Origin: Octopus vulgaris
Lineage: Eukaryota
Assembly: GCA_951406725.2 (NCBI GenBank)
Contig: OX597821.1
Coordinates: forward strand, 88,226,001 to 88,290,000
Length of the DNA stretch: 64,000 bases
Direction: 5' to 3'
Positions 50,798 to 64,000 of the stretch are shown piece after piece. Made by a program: the position numbers and the translations under genes. The notes beneath the pieces were generated by a model. The model saw nothing but the letters and a program-made list of their open reading frames with translations, had not been told where the DNA came from and made no database searches. Position 1 is the first letter of the stretch. Each line of letters begins with the position of its first letter.

Positions 50798-50994
50798 ATA
50801 CATAAAACTGGAACAAATTCTGCAAGGTACCACAACCATAACATCAACAATTTTTCTAATTCCCTGTACTGGACTAGTATTTTATTTTATTGACCCCGAA
50901 AGAAATAAGGTCTAGTTGTCTGCATCAGGATTTCAGCGTAGAGAGCGGAGAACCGGAGAAGTACTGCAGCGCAGTTTATTCTAGACTCTAAACC

Positions 50995-51120
50995 AGTAGT
51001 TTTCAAACATTTTTGCACTATAGAGCCTTTTGATCTCTGTTTTACATGGGTGGACATTCATAACTATTCAATACTTAAAATGTCATATTATCATATTTTT
51101 AGAAATATATATTATTCGGA
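50995..51120 (+). mobile_element. Possible hAT/Charlie-like terminal fragment
   Basis: CAGTAGTTTTCAAAC resembles the CAGTGGTTCTCAA Charlie-type end. No partner TIR was seen. Confidence 0.3.
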
Positions 51121-51354
51121 ATTGTACATTATTCGGAATCGTAAGAACGCCGGGAAAATGCTTAGCGTCATTTCGTCCATTTTTACATTCTGAGTTCATT
51201 TTGACTTCTAAATTTACTTCTAAGCAATTCCAACTCTTTTAAAAGGAAAGTCGCAGTGGTCACAGCTGGAACGACTTTAGACTAGATTTACCCGATTAGA
51301 AACGTGATATGGTCGAACTCCCTCACAACACCATCACTACAGCTACTGTTGCTG

Positions 51355-51559
51355 TCTTCTTCTTCTTCTTCTTCTTCTTCTTCTTCTTCTTCTTCTTCTT
51401 CTTCTTCTTCTTCTTCTACTTCTTCCTCCTCATCTTCTTCTTCTTCCTCTTCTTCTTCTCCTTCTTCTTCTTCTTCTTCTATTTCTTCATCTTCTTCTTC
51501 TTCTGCTGCTGCTACTACTACTACTACTACTACTGCTACGACTGCTGCTGCTGCTGCTG

Positions 51560-51600
<41 letters not shown>

Positions 51601-51637
51601 GCTGCTTCTGCTGCTACTACTACTACTACTACTACTT
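51355..51637. repeat. Compound (TTC)n/(CTA)n/(CTG)n trinucleotide array
   Basis: Direct inspection. Confidence 0.95.
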
Positions 51638-52401
51638 CGCCAATCTTCACTGACACCCTGCTCCACAAATAAGCAGGAGGAACAAAATTAAATCTACCAG
51701 ACCCAGCAACACCACCACCACCATCACCGCCACCACCACTCTTTCCAAGCACGTGACTCATCAATCCGTTACTCTTTCCTTCGGTGTCAAACGAAACATC
51801 CATATTTACCACTTCTCAATAATTTATAAAGTTACGTTTTTTTATTTTTTATTTTCTTTTTTATTATTTTTTCCACTTCGAACCAAGTGAAACCCATTAG
51901 CAACACTTTTCAATATCAAATGATGATGACAAAGACGATACTGCTATTGCTGTTGCTGACGGCAATGATGATGATGATGATGAGGAGGATAAGGAGGAGA
52001 ATAGTTCTGGTGGTGGTGGAGGATGTTGGGTGATAATGAACTTACAAGCCATTGCGGAAGTTGGGCGGTCTCTTTTGGTTTGAAGGTAGCGAAAAATCTC
52101 TAATTGGAAGTATCTATCTATCTATATATATATATATATTTTATTACAGGTGTTTGTGGTTCTATGCATGTGTGAACGCGTGTGTGCGTGTGTGTTTGTA
52201 TGTGAATGAGTATGTGTGTGTTTGTTAATGTGTGTGTGTGTGATATGTATAATATATGAAGTTAGTGTTTCAGGATTGCTTAGGCCGTGATGGTTGAAAC
52301 AAATTAAAGAACGTGAAACATACGGGCGTACATAAGGCATACACATACAACCATCAATCTATCCGTACACACATATATACATATGCATATATAAGGATAC
52401 T

Positions 52402-52455
<54 letters not shown>

Positions 52456-52569
52456 AGTATCCTTATATATGTATATATGTACGCACACATGTAGACAGAG
52501 ATACACAGAAAGATAGATAGACAGATAGAAAGATAGATAGATAAATAGATAGGAGATTGTAAGACCTCT

Positions 52570-53000
52570 CATGTGTGCTATTCGTAATACGTAAGATTAG
52601 TAAAGCCTTTGGCATCTTCGGGTCGTTAACTTCTAAACTAGATCAAATCCCAGATTTGCAAGGAAGGAAGTGTTGCTAAAAACGCAACAACGAAAAAGAT
52701 ATCTTTCAAAATGATGAGTCAATGAATCTAACACAACATCAGCAACTATCTTTCAATTGTGCAAGAATATAAAACTTCTTTATGGGCAAAGTTTGCTCCG
52801 GAACGTATATTCTAGTATAAAACCCTGTGGAGCATTCAACTTCTGGTTGTCCAAGCCAATGTTGGGCCACCGTGTAGAATGATGTTCGATTTTCAAAGTG
52901 AGTAGCTCAAGCTTCAGTCGCTATAATCAATTTCATGCACAGGAGCTTCTTGGAAAACACACGGTAGAAAACGCGCTGTGGAAAACATGCACTTCAACAA
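52570..53000 (+). mobile_element. Highly decayed RTE-like LINE remnant
   Basis: The frame RKISKAFGIFGSLTS resembles the RIxKAxxxFxxL motif downstream of the RT domain. Confidence 0.3.
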
Positions 53001-53006
53001 GTGGAG

Positions 53007-53040
<34 letters not shown>

Positions 53041-53051
53041 CTATATATACA

Positions 53052-54318
53052 CACAGATATGCAGGAAGTAAATAGACACATTTAAGTTTCAAAATTTCTG
53101 ATCTAAGCGTCTTAATATATTTTCAGCGGTGTAGAATTTACAATGTAATAATTCTTTTTCATTCCAGGTGCCATTATATTAAACATTTGCGAAGAGTAAC
53201 CATGCCACTCACAAAAAATTTACTAGAACTGTGAGATTTTGAAAGCGGTCGTATTGTTGGTCAATCTAAGGCTGGATTTAGTCAGCGAAAAATTGCCGAA
53301 GATTTTCAAATTCCTCTGGATACTGTTAATAGAATTATAGTTCAATTCAAAATCCAAAGAAAAAATCAATAGATTCTCGTTCCGGCAGACCTGGGCCCTC
53401 CGAAAGTAAGCTTCACTGCTTGAAGAGAATTGTGGAAAACATATCCCGTTCGAATGCTTCTGATATTGCAAAACAGCAAGAAGTTAGCCCAAGAACGTGT
53501 GTTACATACCTGCATAAGCTTGGGTATTATGGACGAGCCGCTAGAAGAAAACCTCTCTTTCAACCAATTATCACGAAAAGAGAGAAATGGGCTAAGGAGA
53601 TGTCAGAAAAGGTTCATTTTGAGATAGAGTGAATCCAGATGAATCCAGATTTGCATTATTTTCAGACAGTGGACGTATTTGGATCTGGAGGCTTCCCTAT
53701 CAAGAATTTGATTTGAAACGACTTTAACTAACTGTGAAACGTGACGGTATCTCTGTAATGGTTTTGGGAGCTATCACCAGCAACGGTCATTCTGAGCTGA
53801 TCGAATGTGTTAGAACCATAAACTCTGAAAAATACATCGAAATACTTAAGCAAGGACTACTTCCGATGTAGTCACACGATAACATAACGAAAAACTAGTT
53901 TTTATTCAAGGAAGATAGGGCTCCATGCCACACAGTGAAAAGTAATCAACAATGGCTGACTGAAAATAGAATCAAAAAGCTTCCTTGGCCGAGCCAATCT
54001 CCTTATATGGATCCAATTGAAAATCTTTGGAGCCTACTAGATAGAGCTATACGAAAAACTCAACAGAAACCTGAATCTAAAGATGAATTGTTTCGATTGT
54101 TACATGAAAAGTGGGCAGAAATTCCACAAGAGACAATCACAAAGCTCATCAGTTCAATGCCAAAAAGAGTTTCTCAATAAAAAAACTGCAAAGAGAATGT
54201 CAACTAAATACTAAAGTATGTAGTCCTACCTATCGATTACATTTCAATTGTTCGCTTTGCGTATTAAATAAAAGGTTTTAAAAATTAAAGTTGTCTACTT
54301 ACTCCCTGCATGTCTGTG
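53052..54318 (+). mobile_element. Near full-length Tc1 (DD34E) transposon, inactivated
   Basis: TIRs CACAGATATGCAGGAAGTAAATAGACA / TGTCTACTTACTCCCTGCATGTCTGTG-TA; ~1.27 kb. Confidence 0.92.
53202..54214 (+). pseudogene. Tc1-like transposase pseudogene
   Basis: MP...DFESGRIVG...FSQRKIA (HTH); DESRF; EDRAPCHT...WPSQSPYMDPIENLW with 34 residues between D and E; ends STKY*. Multiple stops and frameshifts. Confidence 0.9.
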
Positions 54319-54416
54319 TATACATCCATACATACATACATACATACATCCATCCATCCATCCATCTATCCATACATACATACATACATACAAACATACA
54401 TACATACATACATACA

Positions 54417-54447
<31 letters not shown>

Positions 54448-54448
<1 letters not shown>

Positions 54449-54800
54449 ACTAAAGATAAGGGTGTCTGAGAGACACCACCATGCCGAAATAGCAGTCAAA
54501 TCCCTGACTCTAAGAACCACCTTAAATGTTCATATCGCACTATGAGATAAGATAGAGGGACAAAATAGAATTATTCAGTAATATTTTTTGCTAGTCTATT
54601 TCGTCCCTCTGTCTTATCTCATGGTGCGATATGAACATTTTAAGGTGGTTCTTAGAGTCAGGGAATTTGACTGCTATTTCGGCATGGTGGTGTCTCTCAG
54701 ACACCCTTATCGTTAGTTGTAAAAAATTATTACCTTTGTATGGTATTTATTCCCATGCTGGCGACTTGATAATACCGATATTTAAATATCGATATTATCC

Positions 54801-54806
<6 letters not shown>
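54448..54806 (+). mobile_element. Fold-back element between microsatellites: ~122-bp inverted arms plus ~88-nt one-sided tail
   Basis: 54448-54569 is inverse to 54595-54718 at high identity. The tail spans 54719-54806, and the flanks are (CATA)n and (TA)n. Confidence 0.85.
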
Positions 54807-54886
<80 letters not shown>

Positions 54887-55625
54887 ATATATACTTTCAA
54901 ACCAGTGGCTTGGGATATTGTAGTCTTCTTGTTTCAAAACTATGACGATGAAGAACTTGGCAGCATTTCAAATGAGTGAGCAGCCCTTTCCTGGCATTGT
55001 ACATACTGATATGTTTATGAGGAAGTACCTAGAAAATGTGGTCTAAACAACGCTTCACTAATTCTGCTGACAGTTGTCTTTTCTTTGCATGTTTCCATGT
55101 TAACCTCACAGAAATTTACAGAACCACACTCACACATACTCGCACATGGTGGATGTAAATTGGCTGCATCTTGGAAAGTCGTTCTGTATGCTTCATGTAT
55201 ACATAGATGCATGTTCTCTTTTGCAAGGAAAAGTTTGAGAGTGATTTCGAAACTGCGGTTTATACAAATGTATACGAATATTTGAAGTTGTGTCTTTGGA
55301 ATGACGATCATTAAGATCGTGGGTTTGATTCCTGGTTCGGGCAGCTCGTTTTGTGGTAAAAGGATTCAAACGTGAAAAGTGTCTATGGCTGCTCACAAAT
55401 ACAAAGTCACTCGTAAACAATTTGCGAAACAAAGCGCGAACTCTTCTTTCATATTACCAAATCATCCTCGATTCCGAGTGACAGCTGTAGTATAATTTTA
55501 TATATGTATGCATGTATGTATAGATGAAAGTATGCGTATCTACATTTACGTGTGTATGTTTACCGATGCTCATTGTATTATTAATGTGAAGCTCATAAAC
55601 CGAATAACTATACTTATATTCAAGA

Positions 55626-55937
55626 TGTGGAGGCCCGATGGCCTAGTGGTTAAGGCAGCGGACTTGCAGTTGTAGGATCGCGGTTTCGATTCCCAGACCG
55701 GGCGTTGTGAGTGTTTATTGAGCGAAAATACCTAAAGCTCCACGAGGCTCCGGCAGTGGGTGGTAGCGATCCTTGTTGTACTCTTTCGCCAGAACTTTCT
55801 CTCACTCTTTCTTCTGTTGGCCTGCTCGCTTAGCCTGCGGAGTGGCGTCATTTGAAGGCTAAAACAATGCAAAGCGCATTGTGACCAGCGATGTGTAGCA
55901 ACATCTGATAGCCTGGTCGGTCACGGTGATCACGGTG
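55626..55937 (+). mobile_element. SINE family C, tail type 4, with TSD
   Basis: Family C head and body; tail GGCCTGCTCGCTTAGCC...GGTCACGGTGATCACGGTG; TSD ATATTCAAGA at 55616-55625 and 55938-55947. Confidence 0.85.
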
Positions 55938-56589
55938 ATATTCAAGACAGTTGCTACAGATGAAAACATCCTAATAACATGAAGAACATGATGTATCGCT
56001 TAAAATCCTCCCAGCTTTTAATATAAAACCCGGCTCGTACCTATATCCTTTGTAACAACTATTCAATGTTTACGCTGCAATTTAAGATCAGTAGACGTAT
56101 GAGCAAGTGTCGGAGACACTTTTACAGGAATTGTTAGCATCGACAGCACGATGTAAAGAAGAAAAAGAAATATCAGCTATTTCGAAGCAAATCTGAACGT
56201 TGGGTAAATATAAGCCATGCTGAATAAGAAATATAATGAGCTGTGAAGACTTATTGAAAAATGACATCGTCTTCCTAAAAGTCGCTGTCATTTAGATTCT
56301 CTGCAATTTATTTTCATTAGAGATCGTAATTTACATCATATGAAGTTATTCCAATGAAAAATCAACATTTTCCCCGGCTTTGACAGTTCCTTTAAAAATG
56401 AGTTAGAAACAATTTCAATTATAAGGATGACTGAATACATTAATACACAATGCTACCTTTCAGGTAATCTAGGTGTTTAAAGTCGATGTAAAGTAATATA
56501 CATTAATTTTCCTCTTTACATCTTCTCAGTTCACGCCACATCTGAAACATCAACAGCGATTTTTCCGGAATAGAACTCAGACGGTATTT

Positions 56590-56850
56590 ATTATAATATA
56601 TAACCAAAAGTGTCCCACGGGCATCCGTATCTTAGATTCACTGCTCTTCTTAGACTATATTAATGATTTCCATACATCACCATTTAGATATGATGCTGAC
56701 TATTTTGCTGAAGTTACTAATATTTTATTAGATAGTTGTGATTTATGATCAATTGAGAATGCCTTTAACTCTAAGCTGAAATCAGCCAATACAACAAGTA
56801 CAAATACGCCATCATTGAATGCCAGTAAATCACTAAATTAATTATAATCC
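56590..56850 (+). mobile_element. Decayed CR1/L2-group reverse transcriptase fragment
   Basis: Frameshifted SVP.G.., LLFLDYINDF, FAEVTNI (cf. LFADDTN) and SLNASK motifs in the expected order. Confidence 0.5.
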
Positions 56851-58339
56851 ATCCTCATAATATAGCTGATTGGAAGAAAGAAAACATTCTCAACAACGAT
56901 GTTTATTTACACTTGACGGGTTATCCAGCTTCATATATATATATATATATATATATACTAATGATTACTTGTTATAGATACAGCTACTTAATAATTAAAT
57001 TATGCAATATTAACTAAGTTGGGTCAAACTGATACTAAGTTCTATGTTGTTATGAGTCAAAAAAAGCGTTTTCATCAGTCTTATACTGTACCATCACTTA
57101 TGAGGTAATAATGGGGTGTTTAACTCTTACAGCAAGCGGTTCTCTTACACAAAATGTTCACTTGGTTATTCGATAACCTACGTAAACCCTACAATATAAA
57201 TCAATTTCTCTTAGCACAGCAATCCGAACACATTCCCCATGTTTTCCTGCAACATCCTCCAGTCACCAACTCCCTTTACACCAGCTGAAAATTGAACTTA
57301 AACTATAATTAAGTTATAAAGAAAAACATTATTTCATGACCATGTCTATCATGTAGCAAAACGAAGTGATCACACCAAATCATGTGAAATGCCATAACAT
57401 CACACAGCTCTCACACTGGAGTATATTTATATTTTTTACCCAGTGCATGAGGAAATGCAATGTCTCAGAGAACCGAATATACCTCAATTCATAGTTAAAC
57501 TAATAAATAGTATTCTGTGGAAAAGAGTCTTGTTGAAGCCAATATCAATGGCAGAAGACATTAAAAGAAAGCATGTCACGCGGCAATTAGAGGGCCGATC
57601 TTTTGCTACGAATCGCAAGCATTTTACGACAGCAGCTGCAGGGACCATGAATTATGTATCGCTTTGATTGTTACTTTTTCCCCGCTAAGAAAGATTTGCG
57701 ACTCCCTGAGAGTGTTTTGCTAGTAATTAGCGTCAAGTTAGCGCAATCTCTTGCAAACAGTATTAACGAAAGTATATGTCCACACCTTGAATAAGGTGTC
57801 AGGCGTGTAGTGCTTGATTAATTATGAAATCACTCATGACTGCTAGCAATCGATAGGAGCGCGCACGGGAACTCTAAGTGTGCACCATGGAAGTTATCAT
57901 CAAATTAGACGATAGGGCGTGATTTGAATGAATTTGGCTACTATTTCTCCGTTGGCATTTCGTTGATATTTCCATTGTTGCTATCATTTAGATAGACTTC
58001 TTTCTTTTGCAGCCTACATAAGTCCTACAATATGCGACTGCGTTAAAGCCAGGAACTTCCCAGCGTCCGCTCGTATATTCTGTTTGAAAGGGAGGAGAGA
58101 TTCAGGATGAAACACAACATTTTGCTTTTCTTTGATCTACACATTCAGAAGATAACGTAATATATAAATTCAACAATTTACGACTTTTCTCCCTTAAATG
58201 TCCTTTCCTGTTCTTCAAGCATTCTCAACTGAGACCCATTTATCCATACAGCGCGAGAGATCGCTGTCACATCTCACTAGGTTTAGTAGGTCGCAGATTT
58301 CATGTAGTATGTTTTTATGTCAATAGCATCAATATATAG

Positions 58340-58540
58340 TTGGATTCACTTGACATGTGATACGTCTTGAATTCATTGAATAATTAATATTCGTATTGTA
58401 CAGATAAAGTGCTGAAAAAGTCTTGAGAGACCGAAACAGGTGGTAAAAAATAAATTATTGAATTTGAATAATAAATTGATTCCAGATTTTCTATAATTCT
58501 AACGGATAAATTATATTGTCGCTAATTATTTTTTTCATCA
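58340..58540 (+). mobile_element. Possible decayed Penelope-like pLTR with hammerhead-like motif at 58412-58445
   Basis: CTGAAAA-A-GTCT-tgag-AGAC-C-GAAA-CAGG-TG, followed by an AATAAA-rich pLTR-like tail. Confidence 0.35.
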
Positions 58541-58694
58541 AGTGAGATAATAATAATTCTTTACATTCTAAATTAAGTCTTCTTGGCTTTCGTCATCAAG
58601 TGTGCTGTCATCTGGTTTAGTATTGTCTTACATTTGCTAGCAAGCTTAAAAGGCGAAATCTCAACAACATGTACATGAATTCAGTTTTCATTTG

Positions 58695-58727
<33 letters not shown>

Positions 58728-59423
58728 ACACATACACACATTCACGTTCACATAGACCCATATAAAAAAAAAACCCAAATTCACCCCCTTCCCAAACATA
58801 CCTCCCGTACACACATACGCACACACCTGTTCTTCACATACATTTACCTCCCGATATGCCTCTTCATGTTCTTGTTTCTTACAAACGCACCATTTTTCTT
58901 TCTCTTACATATTTTATATTACTTTCCACATAACGCACAATGTATATGCTTTCTCTCTCCCAATCTCTGCTCTTTACTTCTATATACGCAGACATTTTAG
59001 CATGCACCTCTATGGAACACACACACGTATGGAAGCACGCAAACCTACATGGAAGCTCACACAAAGAAACACACAAAAATACACAAATATTCTCTCTCTT
59101 TTAGATATATATTTCTCACACAGTAAAATAATGTTTTATTTCCAGTGCATCACTTTCATTGGACTTCCAATACAACCCGCTGTGTACACAGACACACGCA
59201 TTGACTAACACACACATAGACATACACAGATCGATATATGCACTCAACTACAAACATACACACACACACAACACACACACACATATATATATATATATAC
59301 ATATATACATATACAAATATATGTGCACTCACATACACATATATACAAAGAAGCATATATATATGGGCATGTATACATTATACATTCGTAAGTATGCATA
59401 CATACATGCATATATATATATAT

Positions 59424-59461
<38 letters not shown>

Positions 59462-59941
59462 GCGTGCATATCTACATACACATACATGTGCATAGATATA
59501 TATTCGTATAGACATTCTATTGCATGCTACACGCTAACACATACATAACCACGATCTCAGCTTCTCAACTTCGTATCAAGCTATGGTTTACAATGAATCC
59601 ACAAACCACAGCCCTTTTTTTCTTTTACAGTCTCATTACCACTCCCTTTCTCTCGTCCCGGGAGACCTCATACCGGGATCCTACGCAGCTGTAATTCAAT
59701 TTGGCATACAACCTGTTTGGTATGCATTGCTGTACTTGAGTTTTGTTTACAAGTAATGTATGTCAACCACATCACCAACGAAAAGATGCTGGATGACAAC
59801 TGGTGGTGGTTGTGGGAGGTAACTTTTCTCATGCTCAACTCCAGTAAGGACCTTAAGCAAATGTGATTGCTTTTCTACCATTCTATTTGTTGATGATGAT
59901 GATGATGGTAATTGTGGTAATGATACCGTTGTTCTCTATGA

Positions 59942-60275
59942 GTATGTGTCTTTTTATCTAAGGTGTTTAAGTATGTACCGACACACATACTAACACACAC
60001 ACATATATACATATATATATATATATATGTATATAAGTATATACTATATACCCATATACTGACACACAAGATCTCTCTCTCTCACACAGACACTCATACA
60101 TACACAACACGCACACACCACACACTCTCACACACACATGCATGCTCATGCATATATATGTAAATGAATATGTAAATGATGTGGATGTATGTCTTGTTTC
60201 CGACCGACACAGTATCGAAGGATATCCAATATTATTCTGCATACATACATATACACATAAACACACACAATACGT

Positions 60276-60333
<58 letters not shown>

Positions 60334-60510
60334 CATTTGTATGTGTCTTTTTATCTAAGGTGTTTACGTATGTACCGACACACACACACGTACTAACACA
60401 CACACACATATATACATATATATATATATATGTATATAAGTATATACTATATAAACATATACTGACACACAAGCTCTCTCTCTCTCTCACACAGACACTC
60501 ACAAATACAC
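59942..60510. repeat. Local duplication (~165 bp, ~398-bp spacing) in a CA/TA-rich field
   Basis: GTATGTGTCTTTTTATCTAAGGTGTTTA.GTATGTACCGACACAC...ATATACTGACACACAAG occurs at 59942 and 60340. Confidence 0.8.
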
Positions 60511-60683
60511 AAATACATTTGTATGTACACACAAGCACACACATACACACACACGCACACACACTGACACGTACACACACACGCATACACACAAACACAC
60601 ACACATATATATATATATATACATATGTATGTGCACACAAGCACACACATACACACACACGCACACACACTGACACATACACA

Positions 60684-60739
<56 letters not shown>

Positions 60740-61180
60740 CATATGTATATACACAAAAGCACACACATATTCATGACTATGGAAATGTGAATAATTGTAT
60801 GCATGTGTATTCGTGTGTTTATGCATGTATCCCCGTAAGGTTTGATTTCAAATTGATGTGCGGAGCTCAATGTTGGGTGTCAAACGTGGAGAGATTCTTG
60901 AAAACTTTTGCTAAATCACGTTGTTGCATTTGCGTCATTACATTGTAGATATGCATGTGCGCAACGTCTGCATAATTTTGTATATTGGGCTAAGTTTAAG
61001 AGTGCACATAACCATTTGCATTTGTATACATACATACTTACACACATACGCACACACATACATACATGCATACATACATACGTTCATTAATAGATATCGC
61101 ATGTAATATAGAGGTAATTTACATATTCATATAGGAATATATAATTATAACTGTGTTTGTGTATGTATATATATATATAT

Positions 61181-61350
61181 GGCGCAGGAGTGGCTCTGTA
61201 GTAAGTAGCTTGCTTACCAAAAATATGGTACCAGGTTCAAACCCACTGCGTGGCACCTTGGGCAGGTGTCTTCTACTATAGCCTCGGGCCGACCAAAGCC
61301 TTGTGTGTGGATTTGGTAGACAGAAACTGAAGAAGCCCGTCGTATATATG

Positions 61351-61397
<47 letters not shown>

Positions 61398-61592
61398 TTG
61401 TCTCCCTAGCATTGCTTGACCACCGATGCTGGTGTGTTTATGTCCCCGTAACATTAGCGGTTCGGCAAAAGAGACCGATGGAATATGCACTGGGCTTACA
61501 AAGAATAAGTTCCAGGGTCGAGTTGCTCGACTAAAGGCGGTGTTCCAGCATGGCCACAGTCAAATGACTGAAACAAGCAAAAGAGTAAAAGA
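61181..61592 (+). mobile_element. Full-length SINE family A
   Basis: Matches 10980-11391. Confidence 0.9.
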
Positions 61593-61663
61593 TATATGTT
61601 TGTGTGTGCGTGTGTGCGTGCGTGCGTGCGTGCGTGCGTGTGTGTGTGTGCCTGTGTGTGTGT

Positions 61664-61700
<37 letters not shown>

Positions 61701-62351
61701 TGTCATTATCGAATAGGAGACAGATTTTCATCGCACAACGGTGACAATTTAGTTGCTTGCTCATGCGAATTATCTGCCCCTGAATTAACATTTACGTAGC
61801 TGAGCGTTCTACTGAACGTGTGTAACTCTAATGGCGTTATCATGCAGAATCTGCTTGACAAAGCTGTAATATTTTAAATGAGAGTAAAATCCACCAGATG
61901 GGGATTCAATATTGTAGTCTCTATCGACTTACCTTCACTTACAACGCATAAAGAAACACGATGTTATAAAAAGCGGTGTTTCCCCAAAACGTCACTCACT
62001 AAGAACAAATACGGGAACTCGCCATTCGGCAATTTTGCCTCTATATATCATATGTATTTACGGTGGGCAAAGGATTTAGCAGTACATATGTTTCTGACTT
62101 TTATTATACGGTTTATATCAATGCATAATTGATGTAATTTGTATGGCTGAAGAAGGCTATTGACATACAAACTACATCAATTATGCATTGATATAAACCG
62201 TCTAATAAAAGCCAGAAACATATGTACCGCTAAATCCTTTGCATCATGTTTTTATTTTGATAAATATACTCTATCACCTACACAACTAAATGGCATATAC
62301 AGGTGCTTACAATTATCAAGTATTCACCCTGAATATATATATATATATATA

Positions 62352-62567
62352 GTTACTCCAAACATGAACAAAGAGAAAACACAACAACGCGAGGACGTGG
62401 AACAAGTCGAGTGTTATTGGACGCTCAGGAAAGGAAAGAAAAAAGGAGGACTCAACGTTTCGAGCGGAGCTCTTCGTTAGAAAAATAGAAAAAGGAAAAG
62501 GAAAGGTCCAAGGAAGGGAAGACGCAGAAAGGAAATCGGTAACGATACACACGCGGCCTCCCTTCCG
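62352..62567 (-). mobile_element. Penelope-like non-autonomous element (pLTR-type) with minimal hammerhead motif at 62451-62483
   Basis: Minus strand reads TTT-CTAACGA-A-GAGC-tcc-GCTC-GAAA-CG-TT-GAG. The element abuts (TA)n and is related to 4720-4912. Confidence 0.6.
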
Positions 62568-63453
62568 ATACGACATATGTACGTTCAGTTTTTGTTGAAC
62601 GACCCCCACAAATGATTTGTTTCTGGTAATGAAATGTTTAGTGCTGTGCTTTAATTCACACCCTCTATCAAATCCTCGTTGCCTGAACAGCAGCACGATC
62701 TACCGCATTGTCAAGTGTCGGAGTAGTTGCAGAGAAACTTAAGATAAAGCATTTTGCTCAAGAGTACGACGCACTATTAGTTCAGAAACTGAAACCACGA
62801 GCTCGCAATTATGAGTTGGGCAACCTAACCACTAGGCCATGTGTCGCCTTATGTATATTTCAAAGACAGCACTTTTATGATGTAAAAACACCGTGTAAAC
62901 TAAAATCGGTAATAAAATTTCTGTGCGGCCCTGTACTAAATAATTCATGGCCCAATGGTTTGGGGATCGCCGTTGTATAGTTGCATTCAAACAGCTACGC
63001 AAATACGCTCACACACTGTCACATAAATCTGGGCACAAGGCACAAAATACTACACATACAGAATTGTAAAATCCTACCTGGTTATGATAATTACCTACCT
63101 AGTGGTTAGTGATAGTTTCGTATCCTCGCTTGGCCTTTTTTCTTTCCCCGTGGAGGATTTATTTATCTAAGTGTTTCTTCCTAAAGATTTGCATAATTGA
63201 TATTTTGTGATATCTTGTGTATTTTCCTTCCCTGAGAACGTTCATCGTTACAATCTTACATCTTATACTGGGTGGCGCGATTGCAAGATTACCGTCTCAG
63301 ACACTCCAGATAAGCTGATATGATTCGGCTCTGGGTTTCCTCTCGAAAGCATTAAATCAATATAAATATGTAGCTACCCACTCCAAGCACACTCACGTGT
63401 ATATTCCTACATACATACATGTATATACACATACATACATACACACACATACA

Positions 63454-63532
<79 letters not shown>

Positions 63533-63550
63533 GTATATATACATACATAT

Positions 63551-63589
<39 letters not shown>

Positions 63590-64000
63590 CATGTGCATTT
63601 ATGTATGTGTCTTTGTATGCATGTATATATGCATGAGTAGATACATTTGCTTTATATGTTTCAAGATTCACACGCAAACGCACACACGCACGCACATGCA
63701 CGCACACGCACACACATAAACACACAGAATCACGCATACAGGTAAGCGTTTATATTACGTTAAATAACTTAGAGAGGATTGAATGAAAAATAACTGTGTA
63801 AACAAATTTAGATTCTATCGGTGTTGATATGGAGTTTTGATTTTATATCATGATATACGCACAAACATACACATACACCCCATCACACACACAACAAACA
63901 CACGCACTCACACATCACTTTGCGTATATTCGAAGACTACTGATGTGAGAGTAGTACAGAGTTTTTTTTTTGCAAAATAACTTATTAGTGTATTAAGGCT

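Noticed and set aside
51288-51812. Poly-E / poly-S / poly-T ORFs
   Set aside because: Translation of compound trinucleotide microsatellites.

Overview
AT-rich animal genomic DNA that looks intronic or intergenic and is saturated with microsatellites. The (TA)n, (CATA)n, (GATA)n and (AAT)n tracts and the tRNA-derived SINE families resemble octopus (coleoid cephalopod) DNA; this is inferred from repeat families and was not verified by a search. No intact multi-domain protein gene is visible, and most ORF-track entries are microsatellite translations. Supported content: (1) many copies of about four tRNA-derived SINE families; (2) decayed Tc1 (DD34E), mariner and Tc3-like transposons plus a MITE carrying (CCCTAA)3; (3) RTE, CR1-like and R4/Dong-like LINE remnants, including a 5'-inverted (twin-primed) RTE insertion with a 9-bp TSD; (4) a set of short non-coding fold-back elements, several carrying minimal type-I hammerhead ribozyme motifs typical of Penelope-like elements. 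The most striking element is 7409-7913. It has a Pol III tRNA-like head between two inverted hammerhead-bearing arms, a 31-nt asymmetric tail and a 12-bp TSD, so it appears to be a tRNA-SINE/ribozyme hybrid mobilised by a Penelope-like retroelement. Several candidate minus-strand microexons suggest the window lies within a large, unidentified gene.
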